From contig DASTCJ010000040.1 in NCBI GenBank assembly GCA_035605575.1, positions 28,771-92,770 on the forward strand: a stretch of DNA of 64,000 nucleotides, written 5' to 3'. Within the stretch, counting starts at the first letter, position 1. Every line of letters begins with the position of its first letter. A program made the position numbers and the translations under genes. Positions 38,244 through 46,739 of this stretch are shown here, in pieces. This DNA is from Candidatus Methylomirabilota bacterium. Lineage in GTDB: Bacteria; Methylomirabilota; Methylomirabilia; Rokubacteriales; CSP1-6. Below the pieces are notes generated by a model, which saw only the letters and a list, made by a program, of their open reading frames with translations, made no database searches and had not been told where the DNA came from.

Positions 38244-38800
38244 CGTGCGGCCTCCGCGAGAACGTCCTCCCACTCGCGGCCCATCGAGCGCGACATGACG
38301 AAGACCTGCTCCCGGCCTTGCACGCGTACATACTGCAGCACCTTCTGCGGGTTCTCCGAGCCGAACGCGACGCGGAGGACCGGTCGCCCGTCGCGGAACA
38401 GTGCGGCGGAGTATGCAGGCGGATCGAGACCGAACTCGCCGAGCCCGTGCTCCGACCACTCGGCGCGCTCGAGCACGCGGATCGGACCCGTGACGTGCAG
38501 GAATTTCAGCGCGTCGTCGAGATGCGTCGCCAGTGTCGCGGGGACGGGTCGCGCGTCGATCTCTGTCCGCCAACCGTCAGGCGACCGCCGGAAGACCCAG
38601 CGGCCCGAGGCGGCGCCAAGCTCGACGCGGTCGATACGGCCGGGCGGATCAGCCAGCACGCCGGCCGGCGTGAATCGCACGAACTGCCCACTCTCGCGCA
38701 CGCGGCCCGAGAGCGCCATGGCGACGAGGAAGCCGACGGCGAGCGCGGCGGCCGCGAACGGCCCCGTGCGCCGCGCCCAGGCTAGCGTCGACTCCACCAC
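38240..38800 (-). CDS. Short DUF4340-like protein
   Basis: One TM segment 'FAAAALAVGFLVAMAL' then 'VELGAASGRWVFRRSPDGW...GLDPPAYSAALF', resembling one DUF4340 unit. The GTG-GTG start overlaps the end of the gldG-like gene. Confidence 0.55.
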   Translation of the reverse strand: MVESTLAWARRTGPFAAAALAVGFLVAMALSGRVRESGQFVRFTPAGVLADPPGRIDRVELGAASGRWVFRRSPDGWRTEIDARPVPATLATHLDDALKFLHVTGPIRVLERAEWSEHGLGEFGLDPPAYSAALFRDGRPVLRVAFGSENPQKVLQYVRVQGREQVFVMSRSMGREWEDVLAEAAR

Positions 38801-40305
38801 ACGAGCGCGCCGCACAGCACGACCGACAGGGGCAACAGCACCTCGACGATGACGAAGATTTGCTGCATCTGCCGCTTGGTGAGAAGCACGAGCGGCGGCA
38901 CCGGGATGCGCGCCGTCACCGAGCCCGTCTGCTCCTCGCGTACGAGCCAGCGAACGATTGACACGGCGAGATCGCCGTTCGCCATGTATGGCAGGAACGA
39001 GTTGCTCGCGAAGTCGCCGTCGCCGACAACGACCAGCCGGAACGGCGCGCTCGCGGTGTCGCCGGGCCACGTGCCTTCGGCGGCCACGGCAAGCACCTGC
39101 CGTCCCGTTCGCGGGGTTGCCGGTGTCGGCGGTGCTGGGCCAGGGTCTCGCTCGCCTGCGGTCGCGACCGGTCGCGTGTAGCTTTGCGTGCTACTGAGGA
39201 ACAGCGGCGCCACGGTCACCCCGGCCGGTGGCGATCCGAGTGCGATCGAACGGATGCCGGGGAAAAACGACAGGGCGATGCGCCGGGTGATCACATGCGG
39301 CTCGTAGACGGGAATGGCCACGACTTCGGGGTCGGTCGAGTAATGGTCCAGCGGATCGACAACGACGTCCTGCGTAAACCCGATGCCGAGCCCGCGAAGG
39401 CCGGCCGCGAGTCGCGGCTCGAGCACGAAGCCGAGGTCATACGCCAAGAGCACGGCGCCGCCGCGGGCCAGGTACGTCAGCATGGCGTCGCTTTCCGCGG
39501 GCAGGTACGTCGTCCGCGGGTTGAGGTCCACGACGGCGGAGCAATCCGGCGGAATCGCGGGAAGGGTGGCGAGCACGATGCGCCGCACGTCGTAGCCAAC
39601 CGCCTCGAGCGCGCGCCGCAGCCGTCCGGCACCGTGGCCCTTCATCAAGACGACACCGGAGCCGGTCTCGCCGTGGCTGTGTCCGGCGAGCCCTTCGAAA
39701 TGGGTATGGAACTCGAAGTTGTCGATCGGGTACTCGTTGTGGCCGTCGACGAAGCAGATACCGATGACGCGCGCGCGCAGCACGCGTAGGATCCCGAGCG
39801 CGATATCGTTTTCGTCGGTGCTCGAGACTTGCACGCGCCGCCCCTCCGCCTCCAGCACCGCCGCGTTATAGATCCGCACGCCGAACGTCTCGGCCACGGT
39901 CGGCTGCTTGTCCGGATCCACGGTGCGAACGCGCAGGCGCGGATTGCGCCGGCCCAGGACCTCGACCATGTCTCGCGCCCGCTTGCCGGCCGGATCCTGC
40001 GCCTGAAAAAAATACGTCAGCTTGACGTCCTGCTGCAAGGCATCGACGACCTCCTGCGCGCGTCGCGACGGCGTGAATACCTTTTCGCGCGTCAGATCGA
40101 CGTGCATTTCGTGCATCGCGAGCGCCACGTTGGCGAGCACGACGATGCCGACGACGGAGGCAACGACGAGCACGGAGTAGCCGAGAGCGGCGATCCGACC
40201 GACGCGCGGCTGCAGCGGCAGGCGCGTGCCGAGCACGAAGAGCACGAGGAGGGCCATGAGCCATCCGACAAACCAGATGGCGTTCACGACATCGGCGCCG
40301 CCCAT
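38782..40305 (-). CDS. GldG-like ABC-transport-associated protein (paralog of 9531..11066)
   Basis: Same architecture (terminal TM anchors and a large external domain), with 'ICFVDGHNE' and 'LVVVGDGDFASNSFL' corresponding to 'VYILQGHGE' and 'LVVYGTSNLATNQFL'. Confidence 0.7.
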   Translation of the reverse strand: MGGADVVNAIWFVGWLMALLVLFVLGTRLPLQPRVGRIAALGYSVLVVASVVGIVVLANVALAMHEMHVDLTREKVFTPSRRAQEVVDALQQDVKLTYFFQAQDPAGKRARDMVEVLGRRNPRLRVRTVDPDKQPTVAETFGVRIYNAAVLEAEGRRVQVSSTDENDIALGILRVLRARVIGICFVDGHNEYPIDNFEFHTHFEGLAGHSHGETGSGVVLMKGHGAGRLRRALEAVGYDVRRIVLATLPAIPPDCSAVVDLNPRTTYLPAESDAMLTYLARGGAVLLAYDLGFVLEPRLAAGLRGLGIGFTQDVVVDPLDHYSTDPEVVAIPVYEPHVITRRIALSFFPGIRSIALGSPPAGVTVAPLFLSSTQSYTRPVATAGERDPGPAPPTPATPRTGRQVLAVAAEGTWPGDTASAPFRLVVVGDGDFASNSFLPYMANGDLAVSIVRWLVREEQTGSVTARIPVPPLVLLTKRQMQQIFVIVEVLLPLSVVLCGALVWWSRR

Positions 40306-40311
40306 GCTGCG

Positions 40312-41013
40312 TCAGCGCCGCGCCAGCGTGCGAACCGCCAGCAGCAGGCAGCCGAGGATCACGCTCAGGAAGAAGCCGAGGTCGGTCAGGAAGAGCGCGC
40401 CAGTGGCGAACGGCGTGAAGTGTGCGACCAGCGACATGCTCGTCACGATCGTATCGAACGGTTCCGGCAGCAGGTGGCCGATCGAGTCGATCATCCACAG
40501 CAGGATGCCGACGCCCATTGCGATCACCGCGGCCACGATCTGGTTCGTCGTCAGCCCGGAAATCAGCAGGCCAATCGCGCCGAGGGCGCCGGCGAGCAGG
40601 AAGAGACCGACGAAGCCGCTGTAAATGGGTCCCCAGTCCGGCTCGGCGTAGATGCCGAGCACCACCGCGTGTCCCGCCGTGAGCACGAGCATGGCGAGGA
40701 TGACACTGATGCTGGCGACGAACTTGGCGGCCACGATCTCGATCTCGCGGACGGGCGACGTGAGCAGGAGCTCCAGCGTGCCGCTGCGCCGCTCCTCCGC
40801 GAGCGAGCGCATCGTGATGACCGGCATGATGAGCAGGAACAGGATCGCGCCCTGAAAGAAGATCCGCACGAGCTCCGCCGTCCGGTTGATGAAGAGCATC
40901 AGCGTGAACACGAACCCCATGACGAGCAGGTACACCGCCACGATCGCGTAAGCGATCGGGGACGAAAAGAGCGCCTTCTCCTCCTTCCACAGCAGCACGG
41001 CGAACCTGCTCAC
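40312..41013 (-). CDS. ABC-2 type permease (paralog of 8747..9526)
   Basis: GTG 41013 overlaps the ATPase TGA. 'LLWKEEKALFSSPIAYAIVAVYLL' and 'LAEERRSGTLELLLTSP'. Confidence 0.8.
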   Translation of the reverse strand: MSRFAVLLWKEEKALFSSPIAYAIVAVYLLVMGFVFTLMLFINRTAELVRIFFQGAILFLLIMPVITMRSLAEERRSGTLELLLTSPVREIEIVAAKFVASISVILAMLVLTAGHAVVLGIYAEPDWGPIYSGFVGLFLLAGALGAIGLLISGLTTNQIVAAVIAMGVGILLWMIDSIGHLLPEPFDTIVTSMSLVAHFTPFATGALFLTDLGFFLSVILGCLLLAVRTLARR

Positions 41014-41954
41014 GACGGTGCCGGCGCGGCGCCACCCGTGAGTCGCAGGAAGAATCCCTCCAGATCGCCGAAAGCGGGTTCGAGCGAGCGCAGTCCGAAC
41101 CCCTGGGACACGAGCGTCCGCGCGAGCGACTCGGCCACCGAGGCCTCGCGCGCGACGACCAGGAACACGCCCTCCGAAAGTTCCGCCGCGCTCTCGACCT
41201 CCACCGCCGTCACGCCCGGCACGGCGAGAATGCACGTGCGGATCTTGTCGGCGTCACCGCTAACACGTAGACGGAGGCGCTGGCCGCCGTCCGCGCTGCG
41301 CAGCCTGTGCACTGCGAGGAGCCGGCCGTCGAGCAGGATGGCCACGCGATCGGCGACCTTCTCGATCTCCGTCAAAATGTGCGAGGTCACCAGGATCGTG
41401 CGCGCGCCGGCGAGCGCACGAATCAGCGCGCGCACCTCGATGATCTGCCGCGGATCGAGCCCGTTCGTCGGCTCATCGAGAATCAACAGATCCGGCTCGG
41501 CAAGCAGAGCCTGTGCGATGGCCACACGCTGTCGATAGCCGTGCGAGAGTCGGCCGATGTGAACGCGGCGAACGGCCTGCAAGTCGAGGCGTTCAGTGCT
41601 CGCGGCGACCGCGGCCCGAGCGTCGACGGCCGCGAGTCCCTTCAGACGGGCCATGAACGTCAAGAACTCCGCGACCTCCATGCCAGGATAGAGCGGCGCG
41701 TTCTCCGGGACGTAGCCGACGCGCTGCCGCGCGCGGAGCGACTCAGCGACGACATCGAGGCCGGAGATCCTCGCCGTCCCGGACGTTGGGTGCAAATAGC
41801 CCGCGAGCACGCGCAGGAACGTCGTCTTTCCCGAGCCGTTCGGGCCGAGAAGCCCCATCACCTCGCCGCGCTCGACGGTCAGCGAGAGGCGGTCGACGGC
41901 GAGACGCTTTCCGTAGCGCTTGGTGAGGCGGTCAGCGGTCACGACGGCGGTCAT
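41010..41954 (-). CDS. ABC transporter ATP-binding protein (paralog of 7770..8750)
   Basis: 'GPNGSGKTT', 'LSHGYRQR', 'LILDEPT'. Confidence 0.9.
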   Translation of the reverse strand: MTAVVTADRLTKRYGKRLAVDRLSLTVERGEVMGLLGPNGSGKTTFLRVLAGYLHPTSGTARISGLDVVAESLRARQRVGYVPENAPLYPGMEVAEFLTFMARLKGLAAVDARAAVAASTERLDLQAVRRVHIGRLSHGYRQRVAIAQALLAEPDLLILDEPTNGLDPRQIIEVRALIRALAGARTILVTSHILTEIEKVADRVAILLDGRLLAVHRLRSADGGQRLRLRVSGDADKIRTCILAVPGVTAVEVESAAELSEGVFLVVAREASVAESLARTLVSQGFGLRSLEPAFGDLEGFFLRLTGGAAPAPS

Positions 41955-41964
41955 GAAACAACGA

Positions 41965-41992
41965 CGGCCGGGGCGGGTGAGCGCCCCGGCCG
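41965..41992 (-). terminator. Rho-independent-type terminator after the lactonase-like gene
   Basis: Perfect 11-bp stem CGGCCGGGGCG / CGCCCCGGCCG with a 6-nt loop. On the minus strand it is followed by TCGTTGTTTC. Confidence 0.6.
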
Positions 41993-42019
41993 CGACCTTC
42001 CATTCAACTTGCCAGGTGG

Positions 42020-42913
42020 TTACTCGAACTTCTGCGGATCATGGCTCTTTGCGGCCTTGGCAGCGGGGCCGTCCAGATCATGCGCCGTCATGAAGCTTGC
42101 GTTCTCGCGCGCCTGGAGCGAGCGAATGAACTCGTACGCCGTCAGAATGCCGGTCGGCAGGTACGCGAGCGAGACATCGGGCAACAGGTTCTTCGTGACG
42201 TTCTCCGAGAAGTAGACGTTGTCGCTGGTCAGCACCACGGTGCCCGTCTTCGGCAGACGCACGACGACCATTTGACTGCCCGGCGTGTGCCCCGGCCAGC
42301 GCTTGATCTCGACGCTCTTGTCGCCGTAGACGTCCAGGTCGCCCTCGAGCATCTCCATCTTGAACTTGTTCGGGAGCGCCTCACCGATGCCGTTGCGCAG
42401 GCACGCAACGTCGCCGGGGATGTACGGACCGGCCGTCCCCGGCTCGGGCCAGGCGGCATTCTTCATCTCGTCCTTCTGCACGAGGAAGATGGCGTTCGGG
42501 AATTTGCACACGTTGCCACCGTGATCCAGATGCATGTGCCCGACGGCGACGTACTTGATGTCGTTGGGCGTCAGGCCGATCTTCTTGAGCTGTGTGTCGA
42601 TCGCAACATCCGGAGTCCGCACCACCTGCAGCGCCTGCGCCATCGGTCCCCAGTAGCTCGGATCGTTGATGACCTTGTCATTGTTCCCGGTGTCGAACAG
42701 GAAGTTGCCCTTCGGATGCTTGACGACGAAGAACCCGACCGGGACCTGGACCTGCGTGCTTGGGGCTCCGGCCTGCAGGGCGCTCTTGGCGATGGTGAGC
42801 GGACCTGAGCTGAACGCATACATCGTCATGCCGGCGGGAGACTGGGCGAGCGCGGACGCGACCACCGCGAGAACGAAAGCCGCCGCAGCGACCGAAACAA
42901 CCGAGCGCTTCAT
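42020..42913 (-). CDS. Secreted MBL-fold lactonase-like hydrolase (AHL-lactonase family)
   Basis: ATG 42913 follows GGAGGA. Has a signal peptide. 'VGHMHLDHGGN' (HxHxDH) and 'WPGHTPGS'. Confidence 0.65.
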   Translation of the reverse strand: MKRSVVSVAAAAFVLAVVASALAQSPAGMTMYAFSSGPLTIAKSALQAGAPSTQVQVPVGFFVVKHPKGNFLFDTGNNDKVINDPSYWGPMAQALQVVRTPDVAIDTQLKKIGLTPNDIKYVAVGHMHLDHGGNVCKFPNAIFLVQKDEMKNAAWPEPGTAGPYIPGDVACLRNGIGEALPNKFKMEMLEGDLDVYGDKSVEIKRWPGHTPGSQMVVVRLPKTGTVVLTSDNVYFSENVTKNLLPDVSLAYLPTGILTAYEFIRSLQARENASFMTAHDLDGPAAKAAKSHDPQKFE

Positions 42914-43114
42914 CTTTTTCCTCCGTCGTAAAACGACAGCGCTGCTCGAATGCTTCCGAGACTTCCGATCGACGAGATCTTGGGTCGCCCCCTTTCCCAT
43001 CGGACGGACGTTCGAAGAACGCGCCCGCGAGTATCGTCGCCGCCTGCAATGCTGTCAAGACGCGCCGTGCTGCGCGCCGTGCTGCGCGGCGTCGGTGTGG
43101 AGCCGCGTCGCCGG

Positions 43115-44167
43115 TCAGGCGACGGCGGTGGCGCGCAGCTGCCGGAAGCGAACGGCGAAGAGCGGATCGAACAGCGCGGCGGTCGCGATCAACGCGGCGT
43201 CGGCGCCTTCGCGCAGCAGGTGATCGGCGCGCTCGGGCGTGGTGATGCCGCCGACGGCCAGAACCGCGCGATCCCAGGCGCCGGCTTTGCGCCACGACAG
43301 CATCTCCTCCACCTGGCGGGAGGCGAGCGGCCACGTGTCGGCGCCGACGATCGTCGCGCGATCGCGCCCCGCGCCTTCGAAGGCGCTGTTGCCCTCGTCA
43401 TCGATCACGCGCCGGCGGATTCCGTGCACCAGGACGAAGCCGTTCGACCAGGACGCCAGCTTGGTCGCCGTGTCGTGGAGCAACCGCGGGGTACGGAAGA
43501 CGCCGAGCTTCGTGAGGAGGGGACGGCTCACGTTGGTCCGCACGCGATAGAGGATCTGCGCGGCCAGCGGGATGTTCTCGTAGATCATCTGTGGCTGCTC
43601 GGAAAACGGGTCGGGCACCGCGAGATGGATCTCGACAGCATCGGCGCCGGCCTCGGCCGCCCACACCGCGCACAGCACGTAGTCGTTGATGAGCTGCTCG
43701 GCGTCGCCGCCGGGAACCTGGGTGCCCATCACGCTGACGATCAGGAGCTGTCCCGGCCCGAGCTTCTCTTTCGCGCGCCGCACGTCTTTGCGCCAGACAT
43801 CCGGCTCCGCCGAGGGCATGCCCATCGAGACGGCGAGAGTCGGGTGCCCGTTCGTCAGCGAGCGCCGCGTGGTGACGGCGGCGTGCTCGTGATTTTCCAC
43901 GGGACGAATGTTCGGCAGCGCGTGCGCCGGCATCTCCATCGAGCGGACCGTCTTGTAGGTGAGGACGTCGTAGCCGAGCCGCGCGTAACCCTCGACCCAC
44001 TTCGAGTTCAGCAGCGGACCGGAGGCGATGCCGAGACCGGAGTTCAGCTGGCGATCGAAGAGCTTGCCGCCAGGACCGAGCGGGAGTCGACGGACACGCG
44101 GGAGCGTTGGGGCGTGGCTGTAGTTCCACGAGTACGAGCGATCAACGCGATAGACGGTCTGAGCGAT
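43115..44167 (-). CDS. Dihydroorotate-dehydrogenase-like TIM-barrel flavoprotein; start unresolved
   Basis: 'AVGGITTPERADHLLREGADAALIATAALFDP', plus the upstream in-frame 'LGIASGPLLNSKWVEGYARLGYDVLTYKTVRS'. The track ORF starts only at 43939, and there is no ATG/GTG/TTG between 43940 and the stop at 44192-44194. Confidence 0.65.
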   Translation of the reverse strand: MAQTVYRVDRSYSWNYSHAPTLPRVRRLPLGPGGKLFDRQLNSGLGIASGPLLNSKWVEGYARLGYDVLTYKTVRSMEMPAHALPNIRPVENHEHAAVTTRRSLTNGHPTLAVSMGMPSAEPDVWRKDVRRAKEKLGPGQLLIVSVMGTQVPGGDAEQLINDYVLCAVWAAEAGADAVEIHLAVPDPFSEQPQMIYENIPLAAQILYRVRTNVSRPLLTKLGVFRTPRLLHDTATKLASWSNGFVLVHGIRRRVIDDEGNSAFEGAGRDRATIVGADTWPLASRQVEEMLSWRKAGAWDRAVLAVGGITTPERADHLLREGADAALIATAALFDPLFAVRFRQLRATAVA

Positions 44168-44273
44168 GGCCGTATCACTCCCACAGCGAAATCACATGAA
44201 CGAGCGTCATTATATCAGCCATTTAGAACGCGTGCCGGGGTTTGGTCCGACCAGTTTTGCTCAAATTTGACGC

Positions 44274-45263
44274 CTACTTGAAGGCCGGCATGACCTCCCT
44301 TGCGAGCAGGTCGAGCTCCTTCATGATGTGCGCGTGCGGCATCCCCGGAAAGAACGTGCGACAGATCAGGTGCGTCATCCCATAGCTCTCGACGAAGCGG
44401 CGGATCTTCGGGATCACCTGATCCGGACCGCCGATGATGAAGCGATCTGCCATGAGCCTGTCGAGATCGGTCGCGATGCTCGCATCGATGAACGGATGTC
44501 GCCAGCCGCCGGCGTACTCGCGCCGGTAGGCGACCATGATGTGCTCTTCGGCCAGCGCGCGCGCTTTCTCGTCCGTCTCCGCGATGATGACGTCGCGCGT
44601 GAGCGGCCACTCGGCGATCGGCGTCGTGAGGCCGGCCGCCTGGCGGTTGGCGAGGAACTGTTGCTTGCCGGCGAGCAGCCGCTTGAGATCCGCGGTCGGC
44701 CCCGGAATCCAGTTGTCGGCGAGCGTCGCGGCGCGGCGCAGCGTGATGTCGCCCCAGCCGCCGATCCAGATCGGCGGATGCGGCCTCGTCAGCGGCTTCG
44801 GCTCGAGCCGACCCTCGACCGTGTAGTACGTTCCCTTGAACGAGAGGCGCTCCTTCGTCCACAGGCCCTTCACGATCGCGAGCTGCTCCTCGAATCGCGC
44901 GCCGCGTTTCTCGAGATCGACGCCGTAGAGCGCGAACTCGTCGGGCTTGTAGCCAATGGCCATGCCGAGCACGGCGCGGCCGTTCGACATGATGTCGAGC
45001 AGCGCGACGTCCTCGGCCAGCCGCACCGGATGATGGAAGGCGGCCACTGCGATATCGGTCCCGAGCAGCACCCTGGAGGTGCGTGTCGCGAAGCCGGCCA
45101 GGACCATGAACGGTGAGGGCCAGTAGTGATTCGTCACCGAGTGGTGCTCTTCCATCCACACGGAGTCGAACCCGAGCTCCTCGGCGCGGGTGACCTCCTG
45201 GAGCGCTTCCTTATAGTAGTGGCCGCCCTCGATGGGGATGAAGCCGATCTTCAGTCGCGCCAT
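44274..45263 (-). CDS. LLM-class (luciferase-like) flavin/F420-dependent oxidoreductase
   Basis: ATG 45263 follows GGAGGA. 'LGFDSVWMEEHH' and 'RLAEDVALLDIMSNGR'. Confidence 0.8.
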   Translation of the reverse strand: MARLKIGFIPIEGGHYYKEALQEVTRAEELGFDSVWMEEHHSVTNHYWPSPFMVLAGFATRTSRVLLGTDIAVAAFHHPVRLAEDVALLDIMSNGRAVLGMAIGYKPDEFALYGVDLEKRGARFEEQLAIVKGLWTKERLSFKGTYYTVEGRLEPKPLTRPHPPIWIGGWGDITLRRAATLADNWIPGPTADLKRLLAGKQQFLANRQAAGLTTPIAEWPLTRDVIIAETDEKARALAEEHIMVAYRREYAGGWRHPFIDASIATDLDRLMADRFIIGGPDQVIPKIRRFVESYGMTHLICRTFFPGMPHAHIMKELDLLAREVMPAFK

Positions 45264-45356
45264 GGTCGTCGTTCCTCCGCAGGGTTGCGTATTGTAGCGC
45301 GCCCTTGACACTGCTCACGCGCCTGCCTACGGTTGGGGCGATCGAAGGAGGCGCCG

Positions 45357-45722
45357 ATGTCCAGCATGACCGGCTTTCATACGCTGAAGCACTTGCCTGA
45401 GGAGAAGATCAGCGACAAGATCTCGCGCCGCGTGCTCATCGGCGACAAGACGATGATCGTGTGGTGGTCGATGAAGGCCGGCGCCCACGCCGCCGCGCAC
45501 AAGCATCCGCACGAGCAGGCGTTCTGGATGCTGTCGGGGCGGATGGACCTTCGCATGGGCGGCGAGCGCCGGATGTGCGCGCCGGGCGACGTCGGCGTCA
45601 TCCCCGGGAACCTCGAGCACGAGGCGTGGTTCCCGGAGGATGCCGAGCTCATCGACGTCTTCGCCCCGCCGCGCGAGGATTTCTTCCCGGGCACGGGGGC
45701 GCCGACGTACATGCAGCGCTGA
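45357..45722 (+). CDS. Cupin-domain protein
   Basis: ATG 45357 follows AAGGAGG. 'HKHPHEQAFWMLSGRMDL...GDVGVIPGNLEHEA' is the cupin His motif pair. Confidence 0.75.
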   Translation: MSSMTGFHTLKHLPEEKISDKISRRVLIGDKTMIVWWSMKAGAHAAAHKHPHEQAFWMLSGRMDLRMGGERRMCAPGDVGVIPGNLEHEAWFPEDAELIDVFAPPREDFFPGTGAPTYMQR

Positions 45723-46411
45723 CGACGAAACTCTCACTCGGGGCGCGCGCGGGCCTCGTCGCCTCGCTCGCGCTTGTCCCGTCCGTCTTCGTTTACGGCA
45801 CGGTCTTCGGCGGTCTCGCCGTCCAGGCGGGGCTGCGTCCGGTCGAGGTCTGGGGCATGTCGGTGCTCGTCTTCGCCGGCGCCTCGCAGTTCGTGGCGGT
45901 GCCGATGATGGCGGCGGGCGCGCCGGTGCTCGCCGTCGTCGTGACGACGTATGTGATCAACATGCGTCATTACCTCATGGCGGCCACGCTGGCGCCTTCG
46001 TTCCGGGGCTTTCGGCGTCGCTCGCTCGCGCTGATCGCTCATCTGATCAACGACGAGTCGTTCGCGGTGACGGTGGCGCGGTCGCAGCCGCCCGACGCGG
46101 GCGTCTATCTCGGCAGTGCCGCTGCCATCGCCGGGTCGTTCGTCGCCGGTGTGCTCGTCGGCACCCTGCTCGGCGGGCTCGTCGACGATCCCGAACGCTA
46201 TGGGCTCGACTTCGCCTTCCCCGCCGTGTTCCTCTCGCTCGTGGCCGTGCAGCTGCGGCGGCGTAGCGACTGGCTCGTCGCCATCGGCGCCGCCGTCCTC
46301 GCGGTGGCGCTGGCCCTCGTGCTGCGGGGCAACTGGCACATCGTGATCGCCGGCGTCGTCGCCAGCGCGATCGGCGCGCTCCTCTTGCCCCGCACGGAGG
46401 ACGACGCGTGA
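45719..46411 (+). CDS. azlC: AzlC-family branched-chain amino acid exporter subunit; start unresolved
   Basis: 'GMSVLVFAGASQFVAV' and 'INMRHYLM' are AzlC motifs. The first TM segment lies upstream of the first internal ATG. CTG 45719 overlaps the cupin TGA (CTGA). The nearest in-frame GTG is 45626. Confidence 0.7.
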   Translation: MTTKLSLGARAGLVASLALVPSVFVYGTVFGGLAVQAGLRPVEVWGMSVLVFAGASQFVAVPMMAAGAPVLAVVVTTYVINMRHYLMAATLAPSFRGFRRRSLALIAHLINDESFAVTVARSQPPDAGVYLGSAAAIAGSFVAGVLVGTLLGGLVDDPERYGLDFAFPAVFLSLVAVQLRRRSDWLVAIGAAVLAVALALVLRGNWHIVIAGVVASAIGALLLPRTEDDA

Positions 46412-46728
46412 GGGCGTACGTCTGGCTGACGATCGTCGGCATGGCGGTCGCCACGTACCTGACGCGCGCGCCGATGTTCCTGGCGCTGGCGCACCGGCCA
46501 CTGCCGCCGCGCGTTCGCCTGTGGCTGCGCCTGGTGCCGCTGGCCGTCCTGCCCGCGCTCGCCATTCCGCTGGTCGTCGTGCGCGACGGTCACCTCGCCG
46601 CGAGCCTCGCGCATCCGCCGCTCTGGGGCGCCGTGGTCGTCTTCGTGCTCGCCGCGCGCGGCGTCAATCTCCTCGCGTCGGTGACGTGCGCGGTGACCGT
46701 GGTGGCGCTGCTCCGCGCGCTCGGCTAA
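46408..46728 (+). CDS. azlD: AzlD-family membrane protein
   Basis: GTGA overlap with azlC. 106 aa. 'WLTIVGMAVATYLTRAPMF'. Confidence 0.8.
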   Translation: MRAYVWLTIVGMAVATYLTRAPMFLALAHRPLPPRVRLWLRLVPLAVLPALAIPLVVVRDGHLAASLAHPPLWGAVVVFVLAARGVNLLASVTCAVTVVALLRALG

Positions 46729-46739
46729 GATCGTCCCGG

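Noticed and set aside
39829-41538. 569-aa plus-strand ORF opposite the second ABC module.
   Set aside because: It is His/Arg/Asp/Glu-rich with low complexity, and it is antisense to three genes with clear ABC and permease motifs.
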